Assembly (NCBI GenBank): GCA_030704615.1
Contig: CM060731.1
Coordinates: forward strand, 47,802,001 to 47,866,000
Source of the DNA: Takakia lepidozioides
Taxonomy: Eukaryota; Plantae; Bryophyta
Length of the DNA: 64,000 nt
Direction of reading: 5' to 3'
In this document: positions 22,847 to 36,199 of the stretch, piece by piece
How positions within the stretch are numbered: position 1 is the first letter of the stretch
How the letters are laid out: every line of letters begins with the position of its first letter
The notes under the pieces: model-generated
What the model saw: only the letters and a program-made list of their open reading frames with translations
Told to the model about the DNA's origin: nothing
Database searches by the model: none
Program-made: the position numbers and the translations under genes

Positions 22847-25437
22847 GCTGGAGGGGAGTGTGGATAACTTTCCAGCTTTGCCATTGCTGGCGTTTTAATG
22901 TACCAACCAATCTTCAATGCCATATACACGTCTCTTTGTAAGATGGAATTTTTTAGTAGTGCCATTCTACCTCGCCTGCGCTTGTAACAATCTCTCACAT
23001 ATTCAAGTACCACTCAAGGGAAACTACTTGTCTTCATCATTTCAAGCAGGCTGGTTGGTGTCTTTGAGAGACTCAATCAAAGTATCCTTAATCAAGTTGC
23101 TTGTTTGTTTGCTTACATAGATGAAGGTTGTATAGTAGTACTCTGTAAATAGGTCTGCCCACTTACAGTGGCTAATAGGTAGGTGAGTTCCTTCACCAAG
23201 ATACTGGGCATAGTTCTCTCCTTCGAGCACAAGGTTGGTTGACTTTCATGAGGACTTCAAGGAATTAGTGAGACTACCTGGATTAAATTAGCTCACCATA
23301 TAGTAGTTGTTAAACACTGCCCCAATGGGATGCACTTTCTTTTTGGTTTTTAGGAGGGTTAGATCTCACATTCCTCTCTCATGGTCTTGACATTCCCAAT
23401 CGAAAGCCATGTCCCCTTACACTGCCACACCACTGGATGGGCAACCGCTGGCAGTCTACAGTTCACGTTCCTTTGATACTTGGCACAGACTGCTCGTCCT
23501 CTCTTTCTGCACCGCAAGTTGAGCATCTTTTATCTTGCTACATTTTGATGAACTCCCAGGCGGTAGCATCTATAGACTGCATTGGCTCAGATGCAGTAGC
23601 AGCACTCACCCTCTTAGTTCCACTGGACTTATTCAGCCATGTTTGGATTTGATGTTTGTGGGCTACATGAAAAAACGGTAGTGCGGGGGTGAACTGAAAT
23701 CGCTGGATTTCCCACTTCATCAAGAGAAGCTTGATTATGTGGAAACTATAAATGTTGGGGGATCCAGAGTCTAGATCCCTCAAACTCGCTGTATTGGCCT
23801 TGGTGCAAGTATTGTAATTAGCTTTGGGAGTCTACACCAGGCGGCGTCCCATGTACAACCAAACAAACGATTATGATTTAAATACATGCAGTCAGTTCTC
23901 AACCCAAGGGGAAAAAAAAGGGAGGAAGTGCATTAAGCAATAGCCTCCAGGTTTCCAAACAATGTAATAAGCTGGATTTTTCACTACCTGTATATAAGAT
24001 TGAAGTGTTTCACTCTAACAATTTAATTACAAAACTTCAAGTACCTCAAGGAGTAGGTGGGCCTCATAGCCTGGACTGCTTGTATGAAAGGTCCTTGAGC
24101 ACACTGCTCTACCTGCAACAGCTAGGGGTGTTCCTCCCCCAATGGCTTGATGTGGTATACCCCTCGAAGGCTTCCTCGTACAGGCCCAAATTGGATGCAT
24201 AACAATGGTCAGTTATTTGGGAGAGAGAGTGTACGACGAGCAACCCTGAGATCCGTAGTCCATTAGGGCCTTCCATGGAGTAGACTACTCTCTGGACAAG
24301 GCGGTCTCAAGTCTAGGGTCTAGTTCTCAAATGTTCGTTTCCTCTTGTAAATGGTCGGCTCCCTCCCCCTTCCTGCATGCTGCAGCAATTACAACATATG
24401 CCATTCTTTCCTACAAGACATTATACAACCCCTGAACTTAATCTTCACCAAAAAAGGTAGTGTGAGCCACATGGCTGGATATTTGAGGAATATAACGTAC
24501 AACCAAGCCAATAGGAGCAAATGTGTTGTTGTGAAGACTGCATGAATAAGCATCCCAATACCTCTGCTCAGTAAACTTGGTACATTCAACTACACTTCAG
24601 CTTGATACACCCTTAGTGTGCTGCATTCAGGAGCAAAAATACGAGTTGAACCAGAGGACTGATATAGGAAGCACTACATTGCGGACATTGCAATATGGGG
24701 AATCTGAATAAGGCCAGGAACAACTGGAAACTGTGGAATTTCCCCAAGATGCGTTCACATTTAACACTGAGGAAAATTGCAGGGACCCAAAAGTGATCAG
24801 GAAACGCGGCTTGTTTACCAAGTATAATGACCAGTGACCCACAAAGGACACCAGTTTAGCTTTGGCATGTCTCTACAGGGACTGTGAGCCTCTGTATGAG
24901 TTCCGAACCACCACACTACACTCAAAAATCATGGACACAAAATTGGTTCTTTCTGGAAATAAAGCAGCCAACTCAGCCATGTGCTATGGAGAGACAAATC
25001 TTGCCACTGTAGCTTCTCATTTGCAGGAGCATCATAAACAAACTTTCAGCTGAAGCTTAGTTTTTGTCACAGAAGTATATGCTTCCACCAAAAACAACTC
25101 AAAACATATACACAACCAAAGCACTGTCCTATTTTAGTTTCAGAAGGCCTATGATCCTACTTGCTCAATGATGTAAGAAGATTCCCTCCTGCCAGATGCA
25201 AAAAAAATGCTGAGGACACCCCTCATTGGGAAGTCCAACGAAACATGTACAAAGTGTATAATCCGCTCTCTGCTAGAGTGAAATTTGCAGCAGAAATTCC
25301 ACCGGTGACTTTTGACTTGATTTGCTATCAGAGACAAGAAATTGCTACGCCCTTTTTAACAACAATATGTGGGAATAAGCACCCAAGTTTCAGGCTACAC
25401 ACATCTCTCTCACTAAAACTATACATGTACTATATGC

Positions 25438-26871
25438 CTATGCCTCCACCACACAGCAGTGACTACAAAGGTCATTACAGGACTTATCATAAGGCTCGAG
25501 AGCTTCCCACCTGCCAGCAATTCCACATCCTATCGGGCTGAAGATGTCTACTGTGTCGAGGCACGCTGGTGAGTGCCAGCCACGGTCAGCCAGGCAGTGA
25601 CCCGCAAAAACAAATAGACGCTTCCCAATGGCAGCCATGGTCACATACCGTCGGACAGGTAACGAATTACCAGCCGTTTCCAAATCCTTCCGCAATTTCA
25701 GTTGAGATCCTCGGACTGCGGTCCACATGTTCAGATACTCATTGTAGAGTTCAATAGATCCCTTCCATGGGTTCAAGGCATCGCCGGAGCTATACAGCTG
25801 ACCTTCCAAGTTCACAATTTGATATGGAGGGATGTCCAGCTGCCACATGCCACGCACAAATTCCCAGCTGTTCTTAACAGGATCATACACATCTGCTGAG
25901 CTCCGCGAGTTCAGATCATTGTTTTCCGACCATTGAGTGAACCCCCCTATGACGCACACCCTGTTGTCCAAGGTCACCCCCGCACATTTGTATCTACAAG
26001 TGTTCATCTTTGGCAACGATTGCCAGCGGTCTTCCTCCGGGTAATAAACCTCGGCGCTAGCAACACCTTTCTCGGTGTTAGCCTGGCTTTTCCCGCCCGC
26101 CACAAAGATCTTGCCATTAGACACACTACACGCGAAGTCAACTCTAGCAGTTGACATGCTCGCGCAAACTCTCCATGTGTTAGACATACAGTCGTAGACA
26201 TAGACGTCCTTCCTTATCTGAAGGTCCGTTTGTTCGGGGGAGGACAGAGCGTCCTTATGCGTGCACAGCAGGCCTCCGATCACATACATCTTCGCATTCA
26301 ACCCAACGCATCCAAAGCCCTTGAGCATCTCCGAGTCCCTCACCCCTGGCATCCAGCAGATTGATCTCCATATTTTCTCAGTCGGGTCGTAGGCCTCAAA
26401 CCAAGGCCGTGCTCGACTTCTACAAGGCGACCGAGGAACGAACGCGAGGTAAATCCACGGCTCTGTGCACCCAATCTCTTTCCGAACTCCATAAATCTCT
26501 TCACTGGACAGAGCATCCCTCCACAATCTAGACACAAGCTTTAGCACTGGGAAAAGTCCCCTCGGTGTCCGAGCCAAACAGTGCAGTGCCACTGCATTGG
26601 GCAGGCCGGGTATAATGGAGGTCAAAGATTCATGCTCCAGCTTCCCTACTCCCCTCCCCACAGTCCCCGCCAGCGAACACCTACTCTTCTCTCTTGCTTC
26701 CCGCACCTTTGATCCTTTCCCATGCCTGGGACGCAGCCACTGATCAGCCGCTTCAGCCTTTGAAGACAGCTGCGGGGCGAATGCACAATAACAGCAACAT
26801 CGCCTCCATCCCCTGTCTCTCAGCGGGCACACAGCTGGAGTACAACAGGGATGGCCCCCGCGGGCGGCCAT
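25438..26871 (-). CDS. F-box/kelch-repeat protein, intronless
   Basis: F-box IIPGLPNAVALHCLARTP...LVSRLWR; kelch repeats (MYVIGG, IFVAGG, AEVY..EEDRW..LP.M, VCVIGG); 477-aa ORF. Confidence 0.93.
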   Translation of the reverse strand: MAARGGHPCCTPAVCPLRDRGWRRCCCYCAFAPQLSSKAEAADQWLRPRHGKGSKVREAREKSRCSLAGTVGRGVGKLEHESLTSIIPGLPNAVALHCLARTPRGLFPVLKLVSRLWRDALSSEEIYGVRKEIGCTEPWIYLAFVPRSPCRSRARPWFEAYDPTEKIWRSICWMPGVRDSEMLKGFGCVGLNAKMYVIGGLLCTHKDALSSPEQTDLQIRKDVYVYDCMSNTWRVCASMSTARVDFACSVSNGKIFVAGGKSQANTEKGVASAEVYYPEEDRWQSLPKMNTCRYKCAGVTLDNRVCVIGGFTQWSENNDLNSRSSADVYDPVKNSWEFVRGMWQLDIPPYQIVNLEGQLYSSGDALNPWKGSIELYNEYLNMWTAVRGSQLKLRKDLETAGNSLPVRRYVTMAAIGKRLFVFAGHCLADRGWHSPACLDTVDIFSPIGCGIAGRWEALEPYDKSCNDLCSHCCVVEA

Positions 26872-27271
26872 AGCCTGTACAGCAAAAGCTACAGATGGCT
26901 CGCATCACTCTCTCCTCCGAAGTCTCCTCCCCGCATCGTCTTCCTCGCCCCTGCTCCCACACGTGTGCCACCAACTGCGCCGTCCGTCCTTATCTTCATT
27001 CGTCCTCTCTGTGGATGAAAAACCTGCGAACTCCCCATGACCGACCGGTCTCCGGGTCTCCCGTTACGACCCTGTTATTCCTGTTACGAGTTACGACCCT
27101 GTTATCTAATTTTGGTCTTCGTGGTCCCCTGTTACGCTCCCGTTATCTATTTCCGAACTTCGTGCCTCCTGTCTATTTTTGTGTTGATATATTTGGCATT
27201 GCTACTCAGATATGATCTACAAACAGGGGTAGGGCTTCAGCCTCACCCTCCAGATTTTCAAAGATGCTTAA

Positions 27272-28419
27272 CCCTTCAAGGACGAGCCTGTTTTTGGTGG
27301 GCCCCGTCTAAAACCAGACATACCCTCGCGGATGAGGGTGTATCTCCCATTGGACAAACATCCGAGGGGATGAACCGTTCCAAAGTCATCCTACCTACTT
27401 CATGCACCTGAAGTAAAAATTTCAGGAGAATTGACCGTCTAAAGTGGAAGATTATAACAAAAATTCTAGGCTTTTTTTTTTTGTTGGATATATTTTCAAC
27501 ATGAAAATTTGGTTTGACCAAGCAGATTGCCAACCTTTTTTATTTTTCATTGATACAGCCTACCCAGATTCAGATTATATGGCACCCATAGCAAAGCCTC
27601 CCAAAATTCCAGAGCCAAATTCCAAAAATGCATAATGGTTGCTTTGTATGGGAAAACAGGGGGGTCAAAATGCCAATTTCTCTCATGGGAAAAACACATC
27701 CCCCCAAATGTGGGGCAATTTGTGAGGGAATCCAAATTCCTCTCGTCATGTTGTTGTTTGCCTACCTACCGAGTACCCTGGAAAAAAAATTCCACATTCT
27801 AAGCTGTTTGTAGGCAAAGATTGCCAAAAAACCGAATCCCTACTTGAATCCCAGCTCCGGCAAAGAACTGCCGGAGCCGGTGGATATTTCCGGCCAAAAA
27901 ATCCGGCCACGTCATCACAAACCAAGGAAGTCACGGGGCCCTCCACCCTGCGTTTCAGCGCTCTCCCTCCATGACCTGCCAACGGCCACCTGATTGGGCC
28001 ACGCACCTAAACCCTGCGGGTGAGAATCTCCCGCCCCCGCCACCTGCCACCTGATTGGGCCACGTGCCTGGCGTTTCGCGCGTGCCGGGGGTCCGCCGCT
28101 GTCCGCACGGGCGGACATGCAGCCCCCCGCTGTCACCCGCTGCCGGCAAACGCCCACCCCCCCAATCCTGCCTGCCACGTATGCCAGTCAACCTGCTGAC
28201 GGGCCCAAAACCACAGGATTTTGGGTACCCCTCCAGATTCCAAAAAATCCTGACGGCGGGGGATTAGATTTTTTAGGGTGCGATCAACACAGGGGGCCGT
28301 AAATATTTATGGGCTACACTTTTCGTTCAGGAATCGTTTTCATCCGACATGATCTGCACATTTATCATCCAGTCGAAATTTCGACCCGACCCCATACGGG
28401 TCGCCTCGTCCTTGAAGGG
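27272..28419. mobile_element. Non-autonomous piggyBac-like element (1148 bp)
   Basis: TTAA|CCCTTCAAGGACGAG ... CTCGTCCTTGAAGGG|TCAA: perfect 15-bp TIR starting CCC, TTAA TSD with one mismatch. Confidence 0.8.
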
Positions 28420-28514
28420 TCAAGTAACAGAGAACAGAGATGCCAAGAAAAGTCTTCCCTTAAGATAAAGGAAATCTAGGGCAATGGGACTTCATGTAAC
28501 CGTAGGTGTCAATC

Positions 28515-28600
28515 TTTTTCTTTTTCTTTTTCTTGAACGGGGGTAGCTAGCCCTGATTAACTTTATTGAGTAATTATTTGGGGAAAAGAATTAAAACCCC
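28515..28600 (-). mobile_element. L1 3' terminus remnant
   Basis: The reverse complement reads AATAAAGTTAATCAGGGCTAGCTACCCCCGTTCAAGAAAAAGAAAAAG. Confidence 0.5.
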
Positions 28601-29827
28601 GATTAAGCCATAAGGCAGTCAATCTTGGAAGTTTGAAATTAGGTCAGCAACGACCTGATAATAAAATGAATATGACGAAATGTTGTCTAACTTAAGTTTT
28701 CAATCTTTGCGTCGAAAGTAAGCATCGTAGTACCCGAAACAAGGAAAGTGATATCATCCATATTAGTCGGGCTTCTGCTAGTGAACACATTGTATGTAAA
28801 CTTTTTTGTGAAAAGTGGTGCACTGGAAATCCAAGATATAGAGGTCTCTAGTCTCTAGCACCTTGCTTCTGCTATACAAAAACAATATCAAATTGTTGAA
28901 ATGCAGCACAAGAGACAACATTGATGGGGAAGTTGGGGTTCCGAGCAAGACATCAAACTACTCCTTAGTGTTGAGGGTGGCAATGAGAGGGAAGTTCATA
29001 TCTCACTTTCGTGCACCAAAGTATGGCTCCACTACACAGCCTAGAATGATGTGGTTCCAACAATTATGGAATGTTATATACATTTAGTCATGATGGTTAG
29101 CTATGAATTAGTGTTTTTGTTTTCATATTTCCAAAATCGCTGGCGGGGCCACATGTGAATTCTACCCAGTGCCCATGTGGCGAGAATATCCAGGTGACAG
29201 AGTTAGAAAAGTGGTTATTTTCCAGGTGGCACATTTTAACTGGTCCACGTAGGCAAGATTATGCCCCTGAAATTTATCTGCTGCTTCTTGGCGAAAAAAT
29301 CAGATATTACCCCCCATAATTCCTTTGTACAAGTAGCTGACGTAGTTTCCAGGTCGAAATCTGGCGAGTTTTGCCAAAAAAAAACACACTGCTATGAATG
29401 GTTTATTTCTAGTTAATTATGACATTATACATTGTATTTGTATTTGTGGACTTTATTGGTTCCATGTGCCAAGTGAGGTATCAAACCTCAGTCGAGATGT
29501 GGAATGGGTTTTATCAGTGTTGGGCGGGTATTACTTTTTCTAATACCAGCCGGGTCCTAGTATTGAAAAGAAATTATTTTTCAATACCAGCCGATTGGAA
29601 GATTCACTTAATTTTAATATCTGCCGGTTCTCAATAGTAGTATGATTTTTTATTTGCGGACGTGTATCAATAGGATGGGTATTCCAATCTAATACCAGCC
29701 GGTTATCAACCCCAATATAAATAATTAAAATAACAACTAATTATTAAATATGTCTTTAATTGAATTTAGAAGCATAATTGATTTCACAAGGAAATCAATT
29801 ATTATGTAGCATTACATAATAACGCCA

Positions 29828-30790
29828 AGGGAAAAGATTACGCAAACTTGAATCCTACCAGGCATCCAAGAAGCTTCAGAGGTAACTAATGGTTGCAATG
29901 AAGGAGAGAGGAGGATAGCTGTTCCACCCTTGGTTCCTTCATATGTAGGTTTCCAGTAAGCAGAATTAATAGGCCAAAGATAATCGTTCAAGGCATTGAT
30001 TTTCCTAGGATCCAACTTATGTTCTTGAAGGAAGATAATAGAGTCGTTTTGGATAAAGGGAGCTAGCCAGGTCTTTATTTTAAGCCTTTTGAGAGAGGCT
30101 TGGTCAGAGCTGAGGCCCCAAATGTTCCAGGAGCACACATTAAGTATCATTAATCAGGTGGGGAGGGCTGAGACACGATATCTCACTTGATGGCCCTTGG
30201 GGGATGATGCTAAATTTAACCCTACGGTCAGAAGGACGGAGGGTTTGAAGCCACTGAAGGAGGGGGGAGGTTTTGGACTCTTTTTGTGGATCTGGACAAA
30301 AATAGCTTTGGAGATTGGGGGGACCACTAATCCTAGGGGAGTGCTGAATTGGTCATTGAAGGCTACATTGATGGAAAACGAGACAATGTTGACCAGATTG
30401 GGAAACAAAGCTAAAGATTGCAAAGCTGAAATGATTGGGCAGGACTCTAATTCCCGTGGCTCTAGGTTGAGGCTACCGAGAGGGGTATTGACAGGGAGGT
30501 TTAGGATCGGAAGAAAATGTCTGCCAGGTCTCTTCGAGGATTTAAGGGGTTTGAAGCACAAAAGCCAACATCTATAAACGTCCCTAGAGAGAATTTGAAA
30601 TATAATGCATGGCATAGGGGAGGTAGGGACGACAGGTCAATGGGAGGATTGCTTCGCTGGGCTGGAGGGTCGTGTGGTGTCGGTATTGCCTTTGCAGTGG
30701 AAATCTCCAGAACTGTGTTGCCCCCTTCCGATGCCGAGTCAGCGTCCTCTTTTGATGAAGCCAGAGAGGGGGAATGGGCCCTGACTCCAT
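29828..30790 (-). mobile_element. L1 LINE fragment: probable ORF1 tail plus N-terminal half of the ORF2 endonuclease
   Basis: MILNVCSWNIWGL...IIFLQEHKL...KGGTAILLS...GRIQVCVIF, ending abruptly at ~29830. Confidence 0.8.
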
Positions 30791-32425
30791 TAAATTGGGC
30801 CCCGGAAACCAAATACCCGGCTGAAGCCACCGGAGTGCAGCCGATAACGGCGCCGAAATTGGGCTCCGGAAACAAAATTCTCGGCTAAAGCTTCTGCATT
30901 CCATCTAATAACGACGCCAAAATTGGGCTCCGGAGAGCAAATACCCGCCTTACGGTGAGGGAGTTTTGCAAACTGTCCTGAAACTGGTGCAGATTTGTCT
31001 AATAAAAGCACACATGTCGGAAGAAATAGAAGTTCTGCCGCATACGACATTGGCAGTGCAGCAATGATATATCACTCTTCCGCCGGCCTCGCTCTCATTT
31101 TGCTCTTTACTCTTCTCTGTTGTGCCCATCTCCTCCATGCTCTATGTTCTTGCTGTGTCGTGAGGCCACGTCGTGCCCGAATCACATCTATCGACGCCAG
31201 ACGGGAGTCATTGTCCCGAAAGCAAACGACATCATTGTCTTCCTAGATGTTTACAGGGACGATCCTCGACTTGTCCAGCTAAGAGCAATGGAGTTTCTTC
31301 CAGGATTGCACAATTCTCCTGGACCCCAGCTGGGGAGCAGGTGGTACCTGCGCATCATGGACCTGGACTTTCCGCTTGAGTGGGAGCCGAACAGATCACG
31401 CACAACGTTGCTGTATCGCTAGAACTGTTGCGAGTGGACGTATGATGAGTGCATAGGTGAAAACTTCACGCGTGGACGGACTGGCTCGGAAAGTGGGGAC
31501 ATTCTCTTCAGTTATGAGGATGAGGAGGAGGGGAACACAGGGCCCACTATGAAAATGTCCTTCTACAAAGGGGGCGCTATCGATAAACACGACATCCTCG
31601 TTAGTTTCAACTGGGCGACAGAAACCGCTGACATTTTGTTCAAATATCGGCACCCGGTCACTCAGGAGGTCCTTGAGAGGCCAGTTTGAGTTCCTTTTTC
31701 TTAGGCGAGGGGACCATAGGTCTTGCATGCTAGAGTAGACATGTTTCGACTCGCCGACACTCATGGCACATACGTTTTGCTTCAGAAATCAAGTAGCTTC
31801 CCTGTGCCATATGGGGAATATACATGCTTGGATAATCTTCTGTTAGGGTTTTTTGCAATTCACTGCCAGTATGTTGGGACGTGTCCTTTGTCGTATGGAT
31901 TGTTATGTGCACAAGGTGCAGTATGCAAATGCTGGAATGTGCAGTAGGACCCTTCCCACTGGGACACAGAACTAGCAATCTTGTACAGGCATCACATTTG
32001 CAGAACACTGACAATGTATTGGTAGCAAATCGGAGTCTTTTCATAAAGGTGGACGAAAACGCCAGGATCGGCTGCGAAATCACCACAAATTGAATGAAGA
32101 GCAGTAACAAAGAAGCACTATGCAGTATACAGACCAATAACGGCGCTGAAATAGGCCACAATGCCTGTGTATCTCCACACAATGTATGCTTTCCTCAGAT
32201 CAATTTATAGACATAACCAAAATAAAAAAAACATGCCCATGCCATTCACGGCCAAAAACCACATTCTCATGTATTGCGGCACCGAAATGCACCTAGAGCC
32301 ATGGCGGTGCGACACCACCAAGTGTATAATTCCTCACAAAAAAATAGGGTGCAAGAAGATGAATGTAATATAATTGTCACTTTCTCCTTCCCGGATGTGG
32401 AATGTCAAGCAGTCCGACCTGTATC

Positions 32426-35400
32426 CTACCGTAGGGCCTTGTGCAGCTTGTTGAAGCTCAGTGTTGGAGCATGGATGAAGACGTCCACTGCGGATATGCA
32501 ACTCATGCGCTTCAGAAAAATGTAATAAAGGTGTTTGCAGGGGACGTATGCTGCATTCTTCGATTCCATAACAAGGAAGTCCTCACAGTTGCAAGCTGAG
32601 TACTGAGAAACCGTGATTGCATACACGACACTGCGCGCAGCAGACCCGGCTATTGACAACTGAAATATTCGCCCCATCCCGGGGTGAGGAACATCCCTGC
32701 AACCTTGCACTATGCAGGGCATTGCAAGAGCATTGGTCATCCTGGTGTCGTTCGCCTTTGTTGGTGGCCGTCGTCTTTTCAGTTTCCCCCACCGATGGGT
32801 GGGCCAAGCTGCGGGGTCACCCACCGGTATGTGGGGCGAAGAGCTTCTCGTGGGAGGAGGATGACTGGGAATTGGATTTTGTGGAACGTTTGTCCTCTCC
32901 ACCAGTCGAAACCCTGCACTTCCTAGAGCGTCTGCCTCCTCCAGGGTAACATCTGTACCAGTTGCCACAGGCCAAACTGCTGGTGGCCATACTTGGGCTT
33001 GTCGAACACACACGACATGATGTCGTGCCTACAGAACCAAAACTCCTTCAGTGTGGCCTCCACAAACTTTGCGCACACAAATCTCCCTGTGAAGCAAGGG
33101 GCAGGCACACCGCCCTGCGGGCTTCTCCGAATCATCTTATTGCATCTCTGGTTGGTGTCAACACGAACAGCACAACATTTGCCACTAAATGACAGACGGG
33201 TCCGTGCAATTCTCCACTGCGAGGCCGACACATCTCGCTCCACAATTGGAATGTTGTATTGGGTAATGATAATAGGAGCAGTACGCTCATCCTCGGCATG
33301 TTGTCCCGAGTTTGGCAGCGATTCCATGGATGCTGCAGGAGAGGGGGTACGAGTCCTACTGGGAGGAGGCGTGGACGCAACATCGTTGCGCCCCGGGGTT
33401 GAGTGCGGATGTTCATATCTGATCTCCATGAATCACCGTCGCCTTCGGGCATGTCCTCAATTCTTCTCTTCACCGGCCGGCTGCGGATATCGCCCTCCAG
33501 GCAGTTCCCTCGACTGTGTAACGACGTTGACCTCATTGTTTCCCGCAATGCAGCAGTCCATTTTTTGGGATCGGTCGAACGATGCGCCGCCCTCATCAGC
33601 ATCTCCTGCCTGTCTGGTCCGATACCCCATTGCTTTCCTCCCAGAAACTGGTAGTAACGAGATTGTTGCATGATGGCCCTCACAATATCTTCTGTTGTTG
33701 CTATCAACATGTCAACGAGATGTGCCGCAGAGGAAGTACGCCAGGAAGAGTGCACCAATTCGGCCATGTTCGTCGTCGGCATATCTGTGTCATCATCCAA
33801 GCTCATGTCCTGTTGAAGGAAATTAGAAATGTCACTCATTGTGGAGAATGTCGAAGCACAAAACAGAACAATTGTCAAGTACAGAAATGTATTACCTGTC
33901 TCATGTAGTCTCCAAACTGGCGGAATATATAGTGCCACCACGCAAGCCACGTTTGCAGTTCTGGCTGATCTTTCACATCCACTACCCCTGAAGACACCCA
34001 CCAGGCGCGTATGGTTGCAAACTCGGTCTCTGCCTCGTCGTTGGAATTCGCATTTTTTCACGCAAGGCACATACTGATATGATCCTGCCGGTGGCGTGAC
34101 GCTACAAACCTTTTTGTATTTTACGTCAAACTCTACATGAAGTGAAACCCGCAAGATCTATCTTTATCTTTCATTGGAGTCTTTGGGTCGTCCCCATATA
34201 CCCTTCTCACTGCAGCCCAGTTCGCCTGGGCATTGTCAGCCATGAAGCCCCTAAAATCGGGAGGGGGCAACTTCGCTCTCGCCATTTGCTCATTAATTCC
34301 GCGCCACATATGCAACTCCGAATCTGTGTCTTCTCCTTTCATTTCGCAGATAGCAATGGTCATCAACTTTCTACAATGTGGGTCGTATACATGTGCCCCC
34401 ATTGTCACCCAATCGTGGTTGGTAATTTGCCTGATGTGGTCGAACATGACCCAACAATTTGAGAGGTCTCCACTGGTCATCCGCTTCACCAAATCGACCC
34501 CGCTCCCCGGTCCACACGTTGACATCTTAAATATGAAGCACCTGTCCGTCTCTGAGCCTTGACCAGGAAAGAAGCTGCCCTGGATGAAGTCGTAGCCGCA
34601 TGTGCGCTTCACGTCCAAGATGGAGTGCATGTCTGATCCTCTTCCGATTTGTTTCTTGCAGCCGACAATGTGGTTCCTGACATTGGGGCTGCACACATGG
34701 GAGACAGCTTCCAGCAGCTCCTTCATGTCCCCCTCACCCAGCTGATCTCTTGTGCTTCTGTCCTCCGACATTATTCTGCCAATTGCAATTCTATGTGCGG
34801 ATGCGAGCTGTATCTGCTTTGGTTTTGCTCCCGGCCTCAACCTCATCTCCTCCTTGATAATATCGTGGGCTTGTTGAAAAACGACTCTGCAATTGCCTCT
34901 GGCGACGGGGTGGTCATGCTTTCCGATGTGAATGCATGCTCTGGTACACGTTGGGCCGACGGTCCCGATGTAGTACTGCTTGGCGTTGCACACTGCCATA
35001 TACATAGGGGCTGCGTTGCAATGGGCACACTTGAACGTCCCTACAGGAACTCTACCTTGAGGCCAAAATGGGGTCGACGAATTGCCAATCCAGTCTGTCT
35101 CATTCCGGGTGCCTTTGCTCGTGTAGTGGTAACATGTGCTCGAGAAACATTTAAGATGCTCAGCACACAATACATATCTCACTCGAACTCCATCACCCAG
35201 GTTGGACGATGAAGTTTTGGTGACACACCAAGGGTGGCCGTCATGTTTCCTCTTCATTCCTGCCAGCATGTCGTCTGGGCCTGCGCCTGCCGGCACTGGA
35301 GGGAACTCGTAGATAGCATTCCCATCCACAACTTCAGGCAAAGTTTCCACTTAATGGATTGGAGTTTTGTCGTAATCAAGCCTAAGAAGGTCACTGGAGC

Positions 35401-36087
35401 GGAACCCGCTGTCTTCATCCCCCGCAATATGTCGATTACTGAGCGGACGGAAGTTGAGTCGGAGGGTTTGTGCTCATTGTTTGCCGACATCTGAACACTC
35501 CTAGTGACGGACGACTTCGAAACATACGATGGAAGGACCATACAGTCTTCATCGTCACTAGATAAGTCGTGGACGACTATTTCCCTGTTTTCCTCGATTT
35601 CCCTTTTCACATGTGTGGGCTTCTCTGCTTGTGAAGAGGTGCCCATATCCTTCATGGCCGACTTCACATCTTGCACGCCAGACCCTCTTGTGGAAGGAGG
35701 ATCAACCAAGTTCCAGTGTGGGAACTCTTTAGGCACGATTTCACCAATTGCACTGTACCGGATGGATTCAGAAGCTGGGAGCCGCCACTTTTTGCCCTTT
35801 CCGAAATCTGCATGCAGAATGACGGCACTTTCCAGAAAATTTCCATAAGCATCCTTCGTCTTCTCTTCCAAAAACACCGTTCCAGGGCGGAGCCCGAACT
35901 TCACACACAAGTACTGCTCAGTGACAATCGCAAATCCTTGGTCGTAGGGTATTTTAGCTTTCAGAGAATCAAGATGGAAGTACACGTTTACCCAAACACG
36001 GGAGTCCATGTTGAAGACGGCAACTCTCGGTACGCTCCGCAGCGAAAGTCCTTCAATGAGAAGAGTGTGTCCTACATAATACCACAA
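32426..36087 (-). pseudogene. Mutator/MULE-like DDE transposase with Cys/His-rich (GCM-like) N-terminal domain and C-terminal SWIM finger; one intron ~33812-33895; several stops and frameshifts
   Basis: DGHPWC..T...VRYVLC..HLKC....C...CAHC...C.AK...HIGKHDHP; VMFDH; GFMADNAQANWAAVRRVYG...SCGFHF (D...CxxH); PTTNMAELVHSSW (E); CNCEDF...PCKHLYYIF (SWIM). Frameshift at ~35405; stops at 35351 and 34133. Confidence 0.8.
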
Positions 36088-36199
36088 TCATTTTCTGGAG
36101 GATTTTGTATCCAACAGGATGGGTGATCAGTGCACGTATGGATGAAGGTGTGTAACGTACGTTACAAATACGGACGACCACAACAAATTCACATCGGAT

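Noticed and set aside
30790-30830. TIR of the large element matching ~51424
   Set aside because: Similarity (AAATTGGGCCCCGGA vs AAATTTGCGCCAGGA) is too weak; the true ends are probably lost.
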